A model generated the notes under the pieces. That model was not told the DNA's origin and searched no databases. It saw only the letters and a list, made by a program, of their open reading frames with translations. From an uncultured Candidatus Saccharibacteria bacterium (GTDB taxonomy: Bacteria; Patescibacteriota; Saccharimonadia; Saccharimonadales; UBA7683), in NCBI GenBank assembly GCA_964632215.1, contig CAZWBG010000001.1:495863-559862 (forward strand): DNA of 64,000 bases, written 5' to 3'. A program made the position numbers and the translations under genes. Positions 62,238 through 64,000 of this stretch are shown here, piece by piece. Numbering within the stretch: position 1 is the stretch's first letter; every line of letters starts with the position of its first letter.

Positions 62238-63362
62238 CTAGAGTAAGGCGTCTCTGAAACTATAAAAAGCAGGCTTGGGCTTGTAGTTATAGTCGAAAGC
62301 TAAAGGGTCAGAATTTGGCGTACCAGGTAGATAATTATACCAAGTCTCCTTATCGGTAATACCTAGTAGCGAGAAACTCGGGCAGACTTTTGACTCAATA
62401 CATGCACGCATCATTTCATAGTAGATACCTGACTGTATATCTTCCCGAGCTTTCTTGTCGGCCTTTACGTCGTTCATATTAACGTCAAATTCTGTCACAT
62501 ACACCTTCAGGCCAAGATCACCGAACCTCTTCATGTTAGATATAACTTCATCTTTTACGGGTGGATGCGTACCGTCTATGTGCATCTGCATGCCTATGCC
62601 ATCTATGGGTATTCCCCTTGCAAGTGCGTCTTTTACGTAATCGTACATCCTATTGGAAGTATCGTTCATGCGTTCATTGTTAAAATCGTTGAGTATTAAT
62701 TTCGAGTTTGGGTCAGCTTGTCGAGCCCAAATAAAAGATTGGTCGATGTAACTCTGATCTCCGATATTGTCTGCCCACCAGTCATTCAAACCATACATGT
62801 GTTGACCTCGAGTGAATACCTCGTTAACCACTGTCCACTCCTGAACCTTGCCACTGTAGCGCTTGCCCATCGTATCAATATGATTATGAATAAACTCCAT
62901 AAGCTCCGGCTTATTATAGTTACCCTTTAATAGCCAGTCTGGTAGCCATTTCTCTTCACCCCAAATGTAATGATGCATCTGGATAGCCATATTATTCTTT
63001 TGGGCGAAAGCTACCACCTCATCAACACGGCTAAAATTAAACTCAGTTGGCGAAGGACGTAGATCTGTATCTGTAAAATGCCAATTGGGTTGATTATCTA
63101 CCAATGCCAGATCAAATTGTGAAGTGAGTATGTCGGTGTAGGGCTTCTCGTTAAGCAGCTTGGGCATTGCAAAATTACCTACTTGAATGCCTTTTGCGGC
63201 GGCCAACGTCTTTAATGAGGGCTCAGGTAATACTGGCGTCTTGGCTATGGTATGGTTTTTAATTAGCAAAAAGGAACAAAGAGCACCCACTGCGAGAATT
63301 AATACTACAATAAAACCAGTATTTCTTTTGGTGCTGTAATATTTTTTTATAGCATGGGCCAT
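62238..63362 (-). CDS. Glycoside hydrolase family 10 endo-beta-1,4-xylanase, membrane-anchored
   Basis: WTVVNEVF (acid/base Glu region) and VYVTEFDV (nucleophile Glu region). N-terminal TM helix after ATG 63362. The track start 63416 is a TTG. Confidence 0.8.
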   Translation of the reverse strand: MAHAIKKYYSTKRNTGFIVVLILAVGALCSFLLIKNHTIAKTPVLPEPSLKTLAAAKGIQVGNFAMPKLLNEKPYTDILTSQFDLALVDNQPNWHFTDTDLRPSPTEFNFSRVDEVVAFAQKNNMAIQMHHYIWGEEKWLPDWLLKGNYNKPELMEFIHNHIDTMGKRYSGKVQEWTVVNEVFTRGQHMYGLNDWWADNIGDQSYIDQSFIWARQADPNSKLILNDFNNERMNDTSNRMYDYVKDALARGIPIDGIGMQMHIDGTHPPVKDEVISNMKRFGDLGLKVYVTEFDVNMNDVKADKKAREDIQSGIYYEMMRACIESKVCPSFSLLGITDKETWYNYLPGTPNSDPLAFDYNYKPKPAFYSFRDALL

Positions 63363-63464
63363 AGATGTAACTATAACCCACTCAGTAAGCAATAGGTACT
63401 TTAGACACGAACGCAAAACTTATTTTAGGTGTTTAAAACTTTTTGCTAATCCAGTGCTATGCGC

Positions 63465-64000
63465 TCAAGAATTTTGTTTTAAAGTCTTGGTAGCGAGCCC
63501 TGCTCCTGTAGCCATGAGAAGTAACGAAAGTCCCGTAATTACGGCTGTATTAGTTCCGGTGTTTGCAAGTTTACCAGATGCAATACCCAGACCTGCTGGG
63601 TCGACAATAACACCATTAGCTTGGCCATCTTCATCGAGTGAACCGCCATCAATTACATCGTATGTCATGGTAGTGACGGTCTGGTTGGCAATAGTTGCTT
63701 GGCTGATGCTTGCGCCAACGATAGTACTGTACTGCCCCGTAATGCTATTAAACTTTCGAGCAGTTTGACCAGTAGCAGTTACATCGTAGAAGAATTGCTT
63801 CACGGATGTAGCAAAGCCTGGTGTACCACAATTTGCTACAAAATGCAGTAACGCATTTGGGTACGTAAAGCTCACGTCTTGCGTGGCCGGTTGGCTTGCA
63901 GTACTAGAGGTAATAGAGCACGCCTCATTCAATTCAATTGCCACTGCCTTACCAGTTAAACCATTCACGAAACTCACTACATTAGCTTGTGTGGCATCCA
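63465..64000 (-). CDS. C-terminal part of a surface protein with LANTG anchor (5-prime end outside window)
   Basis: The frame stays open to the window edge, and the track start 63977 is a GTG. Contains a DGGSLDEDGQANGVIVDPAGLG pre-anchor motif, then LANTG + hydrophobic helix + KTLKQNS. Confidence 0.7.
   Translation of the reverse strand, partial: DATQANVVSFVNGLTGKAVAIELNEACSITSSTASQPATQDVSFTYPNALLHFVANCGTPGFATSVKQFFYDVTATGQTARKFNSITGQYSTIVGASISQATIANQTVTTMTYDVIDGGSLDEDGQANGVIVDPAGLGIASGKLANTGTNTAVITGLSLLLMATGAGLATKTLKQNS

Overview
Gene-dense 64-kb chromosomal segment with about 62 protein genes, 2 tRNAs and no rRNA, CRISPR array or recognisable transposase or integrase. Almost every gene from 135 to 31537 is on the minus strand. 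Recognisable content: RNase Y, tsaB/tsaE, a secretin-less type IV pilus operon (pilB-pilC-pilA-minor pilins-pilMNO), recA/recX, ruvA/B/C, ComEC, YebC, rimK, hrcA-grpE-dnaK-dnaJ with CIRCE operators, folC, bcp, lepA, murJ, ftsH, tilS, a P-type ATPase, a CcdA/flavoprotein-reductase group, an RRM protein and a GH10 xylanase. It also has several large secreted proteins that end in sortase-like anchors. Shortened housekeeping proteins (TsaB, HrcA, ComEC), the monoderm-style pilus and the anchors fit a small-genome Patescibacteria/CPR organism such as Saccharibacteria. That placement is inference from gene content only. Most unusual locus: a roughly 5-kb, apparently low-GC cluster (29.7-34.7 kb) with four ATP-grasp peptide ligases of three subfamilies, a RimB-type protease-like protein and a DUF192 protein, with no visible substrate gene. 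Other items worth follow-up: a tRNA-Lys locus carrying tRNA-derived fragments around a 159-nt structured segment; a VKOR gene inside the CIRCE-controlled dnaK operon; a P-type ATPase / Cys-rich exoprotein / CcdA / ATP-cone / disulfide-reductase group; relaxed xxxTG sorting signals on four surface proteins; a lamin-tail protein with Cys repeats near ComEC; a beta-propeller repeat gene with perfect 37-nt internal DNA repeats; and a low-GC gene flanked by 27-nt direct repeats. All family calls come from reading motifs, not from database searches.
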